Assembly: GCA_973895155.1 (NCBI GenBank)
Contig: OZ316891.1
Coordinates: 1,045,324 to 1,109,323 of the forward strand
DNA: 64,000 bases
DNA from: Marsupella aquatica
Lineage: Eukaryota; Plantae; Marchantiophyta
Direction: 5' to 3'
The position numbers were made by a program, and so were the translations under genes. Positions 52,951 through 64,000 of the stretch are shown piece by piece (position 1 is the stretch's first letter; each line of letters starts with the position of its first letter). The notes below the pieces were generated by a model, which was not told the DNA's origin, made no database searches, and saw only the letters and a program-made list of their open reading frames with translations.

Positions 52951-55900
52951 CCATTCTCAATTAAGAGGTATCACAATCTCTTCACCATCACAAACTTAGC
53001 CGCTACAAATTGATTTCTTTGATTACGTCGTCATTGCTTGTCCACAATGCATGCTTCCCGACTTGAATTGTTTGCATCTCTTAGATAGTCTTCAACTAAA
53101 GCTCACTCTGAACAGGTTAACGCCAAATGCAGCCTCTGTGTCAAAGAAACAATTGTTGGTCTTCCCCTCACACCATAGCTTTCTTAAATAAAAATAACTA
53201 TAAATCTTTTGTGTGCAACGATTGCTCGTTCATTTTGTGTGTTCTTCCCATCAAATCGACAAGCGCTCTTTCGCCAACAGTTGAGTGTTGTGCTCAAGTC
53301 TCTCTTGTGGCGGTAATGCTCAATGTAACTCACAAACAATCAATCAAGAATGGTTGAAACATGATTTCTCCAATGTGTAAGCAAAACCTGTCAAAAAACT
53401 CAATTCTTCCACATTCAACCTTCCGTTTGATAAATCTATATATTTTGAGCATTTCTTTTGTGCGAGCACACACCAACACCATCGGGAGACTCAAAATTGT
53501 CAGTTACCGTCTTGCTGAAAATTGATTTCACTTAATCACACACACATTCCTTGGATGAACATGGGGTCCACTGATTAATTTGGTTATGTGTTGAGTCCAC
53601 TGGCTTTCTTTGACGCCATGTTACAAAATCTACAGCCTCCTTGATTCTCACCCTTGCCCTCACATCCATGCATGCAACAACCAACCCAATGAATCCCGGC
53701 ACCTTAAAAAGGGCTTAAAAGAAATGCCCCTCTCTTTCCCCAAAGGAAAAAATCCCTACTTTGCAACAACCAACAGGAAAACAAATATGGCCTCCTAAAA
53801 ATTATAACAAACCTAAAAAGCTGCTTCTCCACCTCATAAAACAATTACAAATGGAGAGGTGAAACCTTTGTACATATAACAGGAAAAATCTATTCAGCAA
53901 AGCAAAAAATATTTTGTGTGTCGCCATTGATTCTTTGTATTTCCCTGGTGGTCACACCCACTACTGACTCATACGTACCGACAACGAGGATTGTACCTTG
54001 CTAACCTTGGCCAAGGGCAGCGAGCTCAGGAGGAGGGAGACTGAGGTGGGCATACTGGCAAGGAGGAGGGCAAGCGTACTACATTCAGGGACACTCATAC
54101 CTGCAAGGACAGTTGTACCGGTGTGCTTCAGGAGGGTGACTATTGATAGCAGGAGGGTAGTTGGCATGGGGAGTTGTAACCCTTTTCCATGCAGTTTTTT
54201 TTGCCTATTCTTTTCATTTTTATCTTTTTGCTTTTTTTCACCCAAAATGGCCCAGTAATTTTGAATGACGAATTTTTTGGTACAACGTTGTATTATAGTT
54301 CTTGATGGCATGACTTCATTCAGATTCAAGGTAGTCCAGTGTAAGTTACTGAGGAGACTGGTTCAGTAATGTAAGTGAAACCGGCTGCAGACGGTTAGGA
54401 GACCGTTTATAGTTTCCATGTCAGTCAAAAGTGTAAACAATGTTATTTGAGTCAATTTAAGTGTTCTGATCCAAGCTTTGCCAGTCCATCTGGGGCTTCA
54501 TAGACAATGTGGAGGTCCATCCGGGCCGGGATCTGGGCTTTAGTTCTGACATCTTTTGAACGCATGGATATTGAGCTATCAAGTAGAATGATAGACAGTC
54601 CTTTCAATTTGCTACATGACAAAATTTTGAAGCAACGTGAGGATGAACTTGATATAATGTGGAACTGGGTTTTTTTTTTGTATATGATTCACAAATGAGG
54701 GTACATGACTAAGTGGGTTGCATCTCCATTTGATATCCAGATTTGTAATTGTAAGAAATGTATGTCAGATTGACAAGAGTTTTGGATATTGTCCACCATT
54801 TTACATTAGATGTATATAATTATGTTTAATGTCAATGGATTGTATATCCAATATTTTAGGTGAACTTATTGATTGGGTATTATAGAAATGACATCAAATG
54901 GATGTAGAAATTTGCACTAATCTATTCTACATTAAAAAAACATCAAAATGACCCAAATTTATTTATGTGAGGTACCACTTTATATTCTGTTTAGTCAAGC
55001 GTTACTTACTTTGGTCATGACCTGGTACACTGTGAGTCTCTTGCTATGATTGTACAATTGATGTCAAGCTGGTCATGTCATTTAACAAAATTTAATTTGC
55101 AGAGGTGGCATACTAGTAGTGTCATGAGTTGATGAAACCAAGGGAAACCAAGTCCATGAACACAGCATACCTTAGTGTGTGATGACATTGCGCAATTCAG
55201 TAACTTCCTTTACCTAACAGTAATTGCACATAAAAAAGCAACAGCATCTGATGTACTTTATTATGTGGCAAGTGCCCACAGGTTGAATGGATTTTTGATA
55301 CCACTATAGACCCTAATATTTTTTATACCACTAAGTTAGTGTTGTTACTTCTACATACTTGATTATACTTGATTGCTCCTATTGATGTGCAATTACCACG
55401 TCCCACTTTCATTGCATAGAGGAAGTTCATAACCACAACGTGAGAGGATGAATAGTTGCTCTCAAAACACTCATCAATGAAAAAGTACATATCTCTTTGT
55501 ATTTATGCATTTCATCTAGTAATGCCCTCTTCCGGTGCATTGTGTGCTATAATTTCCTGCTCTGGAGCTAATCATATTATAAAAGCATCAACAAAATCTA
55601 TTCTTAAGGGTCTAGAGTAAAGCCTCTAGACCATAACCCTCAGTATAGACAAAAGTGATATGAGTCTCAATTTAAAAAAACTTTAAATGACGACGAACAA
55701 AAATAATATTGATTTTAAATAAAGACAAAACTGAAATGAGAGTTAATCATCCTTGTTTTTTGCAAAACAAAAAAATTAATTGAAATAGCATAAAAAAATA
55801 TTATGCAAGATATTTTTTCTTCATATTTATTTATGTTCAAGGAGGCTACTACAATTTCATCCGTGAACAAGGTTTCAGCCTCGTAATATGTTTTATTGAG

Positions 55901-56074
55901 TTCTTACACTTTAATCCCAGAAAGATTTTTCACTCCTACTATTTTTTTACTCTCTTTCTCCTTTCTTCACACAAACCCAAATTTCATGCTATTTCAGATT
56001 TTACTACGTTTACCAAATGAGACGAGTAGAGGACATATGCCCTTGCACCGCCTGTGAAGGATATTCTATTCGAG

Positions 56075-56280
56075 AAAGTACAGAAATATACAAAGAGAAA
56101 ACTCTTGCACGGATTTAAGGCACACAAGACCAGAGTTCTGTTGAGAACGTACAGAAATAATATACAAAGAGAAAAATCTTGCACGGATTTAAGGCCCACA
56201 AGACTAGAGTTCTGTGGAGAACGTACAGAAATAATATACAAAGAGAAAAAATTTGCACGGATTTAAGGCACACAGGACTA
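56075..56280. repeat. ~77-bp tandem repeat (~2.5 units) upstream of the FMO gene
   Basis: AGAGAAAA.TCTTGCACGGATTTAAGGC.CACAAGAC..GAGTTCTGT.GAGAACGTACAGAAATAATATACAA repeated. Confidence 0.85.
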
Positions 56281-56776
56281 CAGTAGAGGTGGAACTCAGC
56301 TGTCTTCGTTGGACTTGCCCTCGACTCCCTTTCGTCACCAGATTGGAGCTGGTCTTGGGAATTGACTAGTGACCCACCAACTCGGTAGCTCCCTTCATCT
56401 CGTCACATCAATCACATGGCGCTTGCTACCAGGCTTGGTGACAGATTTGCAACTGGGTACTGTTTATCGCTCGGCTCACCCAGAACTCAAATTGTTCTCC
56501 GTTGCTATTCGTGAAGATCCCATCAATCGAGCTCCAGCTTCCTGTTTGATGTCGATATTAATCGTTCTCTCTAGTGATGTCCCTCCCCTCTGCCTTCTTG
56601 ATGACGATCCCAAAATGTTTCGTGGTTGACTCCTGACTCTGCAGCTGAATCTTCTCTGCAGGACTCCCATACCTCGTCTCGATGATGGCAAGGTCGGCGG
56701 TACGGTGGTGAGGTCTAATCGATTGGTGTTACTTGCTTCGAACGCAGCTGGCGGTGGTGGTGGTGATCTGAACACA

Positions 56777-58759
56777 ATGGCAACGCCAGGGAAGAAGATG
56801 GTGGCAGTCATCGGTGCAGGTCCGTCGGGCCTTGTGGCTGCGAAGAGCATGCTGGAGGTCGGCCTGTCTCCAGTTGTGTTTGACAAGGCACCTTGGATTG
56901 GTGGAATGTGGAATCCCAAGTCACAGAAGTGCTGGGACACGTTGAAGACCAACATCTCTCGATACTCTTGCTCTTTCTCTGATTTCCCATGGGATTCTGG
57001 GCTACCTCTCTTTCCTTCCCAGCGTCAGATGTTCGAGTACCTGCAGGGGTACGCCCACAAGTTCATTCCACCTGAACACTTCTCTCTTGGCTCAGAAGTC
57101 ACAAGTGTTTCGAGAAGTGATGGAAGATGGGTAGTGTGTTATTCGTCTTCTTTGCAGGAAAAATTGTGTAAGGAATTTGATTTTGTGGTGTTTGCATCAG
57201 GGTTCTTGGGCAAGCCCTACACACCCAGCATTCCAGGGCTGGATACCTTTGCTGGGGAAGTGATGCACAGCTGTGAGTACCGGAGTCCAGAGAGATTTCG
57301 AGGCAAGAGGGTGGTCGTTGTTGGCGCAGCATACAGCTCAGCAGAGGTAGCAGGGGAGATTGCTGCATGTGCTGCACAAGTTGTCAATATAGTGTGTCGA
57401 CCAGTGTGGATTATACCACGTTGCGTTGCTCTTGAACCTGACTCTCCGGCCACTCCTTTTGTCCCTCTAGACTTTGCCTTCTTCCGCTACTCCAGTGCGA
57501 GGCAGACGGGGAGTCTGGAGGAGCTGTATGTGCGGCAAAATGAAGGTTTGCGTAAGTTATGTTTTGATCAAGGGATCCTCAACCCAACCCCGGAACATGA
57601 CACTGATCCACCACATATGGGCATCTCTGACGAGTACAGAGAACATCTCCGATCCAAACGCATTGAGGTTCGCCGTGGAAGAGTGCAACTGGTGCAGGTT
57701 CGTGATGTGATACTTGACGATCAGAGTGTGATTGCTGACGTCGACTGCATTGTCCTCAGTACAGGTTTCCAGACATCACTACCTTACCTTTCTTCGGAAA
57801 TGCTTGAAAAGCTGTCTTTTGATCCTTCCGACGGTTTTCTCCCTCTTCTCCTTGACCGTTCGACCTTCCATCCCTCCCTCCCTGGATCTGCATTTGTTGG
57901 TGTTCATAAGGGCCTTTTCATGGCCGTCATGGAATTGCAGGCCAGGTGGGCAGCTGCCATTTTTGCAGGGGTGTTGCCTCCCATACCAGACTCTGTTCAA
58001 CAGGAAGGAATTGCTCTGGAGCGAAAGATGAAAGCTCATATACCCCGACCCCAATTTCCTCACGGGGAGTATGTGAATTTCTCACAATCCATTGCTGCAG
58101 AACTCAAGGTTCTTCCCGCAGAGGATTGGCGTGAGGAGCATGACATCCTTATTCCGGCCCATTTTCGTTCAGGAAGTTTGGCAGAAACAGTTCTGGCAAT
58201 GGTTGAAAAAGAATGTCAGGAATTATCAGAGGGTAAGATGGTACCAAAAGCAGTATTCCACTCACTGGCTGGTTCGTGGAATCTCAATAGAACAATTGAT
58301 AACCGGATGGATACATCTCAGTCTGGAACAGTGCAAGGGACAGCTACCTTCGCGACCACAGGCCCCCTTGAATATCTCTACAGCGAGATTGGCGAGCTTT
58401 CCCTGGCAGGTGGGCAACATTTCAAAGTGTATCGCAAGTATGTATATGTGTATGACATGTTTGCCAACCGGATTGACGTGTTCTTTGAAAAGGAAGGGAC
58501 CCGAGACTACCTTTTCCATTCCCTAAAATTCCTTTCTCATGGAAGCTCTTCTACAGCAGAGAGTGAAGGATCCGAGAAAGTGTCAAGTGAGATCTCCAGG
58601 GGTTGGAGGGCAGAGGGTGAACACCTTTGCAACAAAGATATGTACTATCCTTCGCATCTGTTCCAATTTCAAGGAAACTCCCTTGCAAAGATGGAGATTT
58701 CATACTCTGTGACAGGGCCCCAAAAAGATTACACCTCTGTTGCAACTTATGTCCGGTGA
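56777..58759 (+). CDS. Flavin-containing monooxygenase fused to a C-terminal DUF6314-like domain, 660 aa from the ATG, intronless
   Basis: FAD motif VAVIGAGPSG; IGGMW; FMO signature FAGEVMHSCEYR; degenerate NADPH motif VVGAAYSS; LSTGF; MELQARW. C-terminus: GSWNLNRTI..YLYSEIGEL..YRKYVY..IDVFF..LFHSL..HLCNKDMY..VTGPQKDYTS. Confidence 0.9.
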   Translation: MATPGKKMVAVIGAGPSGLVAAKSMLEVGLSPVVFDKAPWIGGMWNPKSQKCWDTLKTNISRYSCSFSDFPWDSGLPLFPSQRQMFEYLQGYAHKFIPPEHFSLGSEVTSVSRSDGRWVVCYSSSLQEKLCKEFDFVVFASGFLGKPYTPSIPGLDTFAGEVMHSCEYRSPERFRGKRVVVVGAAYSSAEVAGEIAACAAQVVNIVCRPVWIIPRCVALEPDSPATPFVPLDFAFFRYSSARQTGSLEELYVRQNEGLRKLCFDQGILNPTPEHDTDPPHMGISDEYREHLRSKRIEVRRGRVQLVQVRDVILDDQSVIADVDCIVLSTGFQTSLPYLSSEMLEKLSFDPSDGFLPLLLDRSTFHPSLPGSAFVGVHKGLFMAVMELQARWAAAIFAGVLPPIPDSVQQEGIALERKMKAHIPRPQFPHGEYVNFSQSIAAELKVLPAEDWREEHDILIPAHFRSGSLAETVLAMVEKECQELSEGKMVPKAVFHSLAGSWNLNRTIDNRMDTSQSGTVQGTATFATTGPLEYLYSEIGELSLAGGQHFKVYRKYVYVYDMFANRIDVFFEKEGTRDYLFHSLKFLSHGSSSTAESEGSEKVSSEISRGWRAEGEHLCNKDMYYPSHLFQFQGNSLAKMEISYSVTGPQKDYTSVATYVR

Positions 58760-60846
58760 TCCATACGACGGATCAATAGATACAACCTCCTACAGAGCCA
58801 ACTAGAACTTGGAGAAATGACAACTCCAGTCACAGCTGCGACCTATGGCCCTACGTTCTTCTTCTTCTTCTTCTATTTTGGCTTGAGTTAAGAATGGCAA
58901 TGGCTGGATACCCTTAAAAGGTCACAAGGCTGCAGCGACACCTATATCCCAGAATATAACAAGAAGACATGTACATCTTCGCTTGCTTAGATACAATGAG
59001 AGCTACTGCTACTACTACTAGTAGTAGTGACGCAGCTCCAAAACTAGATCAATTATGACAAAGAGTAAGCACAATGGGATGTGGCAATTATCAGCTGTTC
59101 AGAATAGGCAAGCGGTGGTGAAGAACAGTAGGAAAGGTTTTTCGCCAAATGTGACAAAGAGTGAAAAGTTTGACCATTATCAAAAGGCATTGTATGTCTT
59201 CTGTCCAGAATGTTCTTCAGCTGTATGTTGAAGTTATGACGTCCACAATGTGCCCATGTCGGGGCTCTCCTGAGCCCTCCACTTTGCTCACGCAGCTCAC
59301 AGCAACTCACAGCAACGTGATAGTAATCTGGCCTTACCCAAATAGGTCAAATGTCTCCGTGACATGGTCCAGATTTCGATGGTGAAATTGCAGCAGATCT
59401 TCTTGGCTGAATCCTCAATCGTCGAAATATATGGTAAGAAACTGGAATGAAGAGATCACTGAAAACCTAGCCCTAAATAAACTAAGCATATCTAGGCAAA
59501 AACCCTGTCTAAAAGAGCAGACAAACATTCAAACATCTGTGCTTCAGATGGAAGAAAAAAAATTCAGTACCTATAATTGCATCTAGTAGAGTAACATTAG
59601 TCATTGACTTCTCGAATGCTACATCACGTGTAGGGTATAGCCCATGATTCTCTCTAGGGGATTATGGATCTTAAGCATCTGATGGAATGTTTCTACTAAC
59701 AAGATGTTGAATTTAAAATTCCACCATCTACTGGCCAGGCTAGCAAAGGGTTCCATCTTCTCTCTGGTGAAATAGCTTCTTACAATTTGTAAGGTGGGCC
59801 AGAGTGGAACTTACTTGAGTCCAAAACCCAAGCAAGGTACTTATCAAATCTAAGCCTCTTGAATGTATAAATTACCAGAAAGGTGTCTTCCTTTTGAAAT
59901 CGAATAGATCATCAAATTTTACAAAGAATCTGAATAAATAGGAGTAGTTTTGATATGAAAAACTATGAGCACAGGTACAAAGGAAATTTACTATCTGAGT
60001 GAAAATATAGTAGTTCAGGATGGTCCACCAAACTGTTGCAGACATATGTCTTGGGTTTGTTGTTAGCCATTGTAGCTGAGGGGCCTTCTTTGTCCCCTTG
60101 AGGACAAAACAGGAGTCAGAAGCTCAGATGGGTTCTCCAATAAAACTTTGAACTTGGAGATCTCTACTGTAACCCCATGTCATCCTAGTTGAATATTTGT
60201 TTCCATGGATGGCATTCAAGCTTAAGAAACCTAGTATCCTGGCTAAAGGTTCGGATCAGACCAAAATATATACACACAACAAGAATAAAATCAAAAGAAA
60301 ACACTACAGAGTATGTCTTTTTACACTGAAATTTACTTTGTTGCCACAGTTAACACTCACTGACACCCACGCCAGATGTATCTGGTTGCTTTGAGCCAGG
60401 GATGCAACTCAGAGGTATAGTTGAAGCAAAATAGTTTTCCACCAGTGTACTTATCTGGTCGCAAACAGTGGAACCTCAAGTAGAGTTGAGGTAATAGATG
60501 TGTCACATATTATGTAAACATGAGTGAATGTCTTCTTCCAATTTGAAACCTACCTCAAACTTGAACATAGTTGCCTAGTGGGAAATTGATTTTTCGTTGA
60601 ACAAAATTCAATTGTTGTGATGGGGCCCATAAATGAACCCCGGAATGTATTCTTGGAAACATCTTTGGCCATATTGTCTGAAATATTACATATTGTTGTG
60701 ATGACCACCAAAATGATTTGATGATCTAGCCCACAATTTAGTCATCAGTGTGGATGCTCTTAAGAATTTCCCCTACTAGGGAGTACCCGCAAGACTTTGC
60801 AACACAAGACTCCAAAGTGCAATACCACACTTGCAAGCTCCCTTTA

Positions 60847-61500
60847 AGTGCCCTCTGGGATGACATCCCATTACCCTCTTTATGTGCAGGTAACCCGTCC
60901 CCAAAAGGGGGTAATGGAATGTCATCCCAGAGGGCACTGAGCCCGCGGGGGTTACGAGGGGGGTTGCAGCCATTATTCCCAATTGGGGACGAGTTACCTA
61001 TTGTAAAACCTGAGTGAATTTTTTTGAACCATTCAGCTCAATTTTACACAGCAAAAGCGCATCTGTAACTGAGTGTCTGCCACTTGCACTTTAGTCTATT
61101 TCTCATTCAAATTTCATGATCCCCAGGCCAGGCTGGCCCTGTGGTTCTGTGGCTTCACGAGGGGTAGTGCCTCATAACCTTTATACAAAAGGAAAAAATG
61201 CATGAGGGAAGGGTGGGGTACTAACATTACGTGTAGGGTAACCCATCCCCAAGAGGGGGTTACATCCATTATCCCCAAGTGGGGATGAGTTAGCGAGCAT
61301 AAAGCCTGAGTGAATTTTTATAAAATATTTGGTTCAGTTTGACACACTAAAAGTCTGATCAGTCACTATCTGCCACTTGCAATTACCCTGTTTTTCATTC
61401 AAATTTCATAATCCCCAGGCCAGGCTGGCACGGCACGGGGGTTCCGTGGCTTCACCTGGGGTAATGTCTCATAACTTGGTACACAGATATAAAGAAAAAC
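60847..61500. repeat. Hairpin (60847-60938) overlapping a diverged ~300-bp direct duplication
   Basis: AGTGCCCTCTGGGATGACAT(C/T)CCATTACCC inverted arms; ~60880-61180 resembles ~61230-61480. Confidence 0.7.
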
Positions 61501-61905
61501 ATTCACGAGTGGTTTACGGGTGAAGGAAAAACATTTGTGGTTGCGGGAAAATCCCGAGGACAACTCTTGCTGGGGTGACACACAAGCTTTCCGACCACAT
61601 CCCGGCCCTAGAATGGATTACCATAGTCAGGTGCCAGGAGCATCTGTGACCCCCCCCCCCCCCCTCCCTAACTGTAGTAAATCTCAGACAACTATAATAG
61701 AAAAAAAGGACGGAGTTGGGCAGGACTACAGTACATGCGAGGAGAGGGAGGGGAGGAGAAGAGAGAGAAGAAAACTGAAGTGACGAAAGCAAAAATTCTA
61801 CTTGACCAATTGAGCTCGAGAAGAAAGGGACGAAGGCAAGCGAGCAGCTCGAGCTCGAGCAGAGGCGATCGAACGAACAAACAAAGAAACGAGACGACAG
61901 GCACA

Positions 61906-64000
61906 ATGTGGAGGACGGCAGGCTCTGCGTTGCGGAAGCAGGTGGCATCGCTTGTCGTGCCTTCCACCGCGGTCGCCAAACAGCCCGTGGCTGCAGTTTC
62001 CACACAGGTACGGTACTATCGATCGCTGCACAGGATCCATGTGTTCTACCGTGGATTGCTAGGGGGATGGGTTCTTTTCCCGGGGATGATTCCTCTCTCT
62101 GAGTATAGGATCGGATTATCTGGCCGGCTTTCCTGCTCGATGTGGGTGGGAGTAGAGTGCTGTTCGTGCATCTTATGGCTTCGGATTTGGGTTTCCTTTG
62201 ATGGCATTGTTGAGATAATGACGACATTTTGTCTGGAGGAGAGTAATGAAACCCTAAGCTAGCGGTGAAGACATAATGACAGTAGAATTGCCCACCTAAC
62301 TGAACTCAAAACATTAGAGGCAGGGATCTTTGGCATGAGGTATCTGTGAAGCAATTGTGGTTCTGATTCGAGGTTTGAAGGATGTCATTTTCTCATTGTT
62401 TATTTTGCTATTTTACTGTGGTTGGTCGTCATTCTGTTCGTGTGATCGGGGCTACTCGCCAGTTTTCTTGACGAGGCAATTTAGGGCTTGGTTTTCTTAC
62501 TTCTGTCGGACTAGGGTTCCTGCATTTCCTCAGGGAGATCCACAGTAGCTGTTGGCGTAGCTTACTTAAGTTTCTTCTTCGCTGGGCCTGAGTTGCTTGC
62601 TACTAATTCTGAGCTCCGTGAGGGCTAGAAGTCATGGAATGCAGTTCTCTTCCCAGTTTTTGTGTCACGTCTTTTCTCAGCACGCCTACTCGTTTGACGT
62701 TCTCACACTTGAGTACTGGGATTGTGTTACAGATTGTGAGGGGCTTCGCTGGCAAGGCAGAGCCTAAGCAACAGGAAGTCCAGGTGGGCTCTTTTCCTCT
62801 GCTTACCAAAGTTGCTCTCTTTTCATATTTCACCGGTAATGACGGCAAAGTTTCTGTGACTCAAGGGGCCTCCTTACACATGAAGAGGATTTATTAGTCC
62901 AGTCTGTATCTCAGTGGACGTGGATGATAGTGTGTTTAGAATTTGATGAAACTTGCGAGCCAGGTATTCCACCTCCATGTTTCGAACACAATACCGGGTC
63001 TGAGTTTATTCCCGAGCTAGCCATTTTAGAGTGAGTCTTCCCTTTTACTCACCAGGGTTTGACATGTGTTACCTCCCTCATGACCTTAAATCACATGAGG
63101 AGCTCTCTTGATTGGTTTTATCGAGGAATTGCTTGCACGAGTCATCCAGAGATGGGACTAAAAACTGGGACGACAGAAAATGATATCTTTAGGCACCATA
63201 CTTATTGCATTCCCCACCTGTAGCTACTACATGAAAGTAAAATACAAAATTAAACCGAAGAGAATTGAACTCTTGGCTGTCGGTGTTTGTGCCAATGTGG
63301 TGAAATCAAGGTGTGTATATAGCACCATTGCTTAGCACCAGCTATGTAACTGCTATTTTGATGCAGGTTCCAATTACTATGTATGGTGTAACTGGGAAGT
63401 ATGCATCTGCGTTGTACGTGACGGCGGTGAGGGGTAATGTGTTGGAACCAGTCCTGGTGGAGCTAAAGGACATTATAGGTCTCGCAGAGAAGAATGAAGT
63501 TTTCAGTGAATTCTTAAAGGATCCCTCTGTTACCAAGGATGTCCGAATGAAAGCAGTTGAAGAAATTTTTGGAAAAGAGTCAAAGTATTCAGATGTTACG
63601 AAGAATTTTCTTGGTAACTATCCTTGATTCCCCTTTTGCCCGTAGCTTTCGTTAGTTTAAGATGTGTGGATGTCGTAAAAGTTTTTCTCTGCTGTTTTAT
63701 CCGCCTTTAGTTTGTAAAGTAGATCAAGAGTTCTTCACAGACTCATGGAGTTGAAACACCGATTGCTGTTGTACATGACTCGTTTAGACTGAAGCAAGTG
63801 GAAGACCATGTAAGATCATGTTTACTAGGATTTTTTTCTGGCCATCTTTGAATTTAATTAAGTACTCTCTTTGAAAAGATTAAGTTCCATGGGTCTTTCT
63901 AAACGTTTTGGATTAATGCAATTGGACTGCAGCTGTGCTTGCCGAGAATGGCAGATTGAAAGAACTGCACAAGATCTTAAACGCTTACTCAGAGCTTGTC
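61906..64000 (+). CDS. ATP5: Mitochondrial ATP synthase subunit O (OSCP), 5' part; exons 61906-62007, 62733-62783, 63367-63613, 63933-beyond window
   Basis: Presequence-like MWRTAGSALRKQ; VPITMYGVTGKYASALY; FLKDPSV; TKNFL|AVLAENGRLK; GT-AG junctions in frame. Confidence 0.93.

Noticed and set aside
52980-54330. Possible decayed transposase or coding fragments
   Set aside because: No convincing motif or terminal repeats recognisable by eye
56476-58745. Overlapping antisense and alternative-frame ORFs across the FMO gene (likewise over TLDc, ORC5 and OSCP)
   Set aside because: Shadow ORFs of real coding sequence

Overview
Eukaryotic genomic DNA from a land plant, probably a non-seed lineage (inferred from GT-AG introns, plant-type genes and a Ty1/copia element). 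The left two-thirds holds a tandem pair of minus-strand glycine-rich-domain protein (GRDP/DUF1399) genes. The first copy carries several insertions: a full-length but defective Ty1/copia LTR retrotransposon (2395-8421, TSD GTTAT), an 8-bp-TSD MITE, and two adjacent TTAA-flanked DNA elements in one intron. These are a 205-bp MITE (13145-13349) and a 9.3-kb element (13354-22671). The large element encodes an apparently intact 8-exon, 760-aa DDE transposase with an inserted SAP-like motif, plus a convergent 2-exon, 138-aa gene resembling KolX / the P2X7 intracellular domain. This is the architecture of a Kolobok-superfamily transposon, which I do not know from land plants, and it is the main finding. 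The right third holds an intronless EF-hand/TLDc gene, ORC5, an intronless FMO fused to a DUF6314-like domain (HGT candidate) and the 5' part of mitochondrial ATP synthase subunit O. All family assignments come from motif recognition by eye; no database searches were run.
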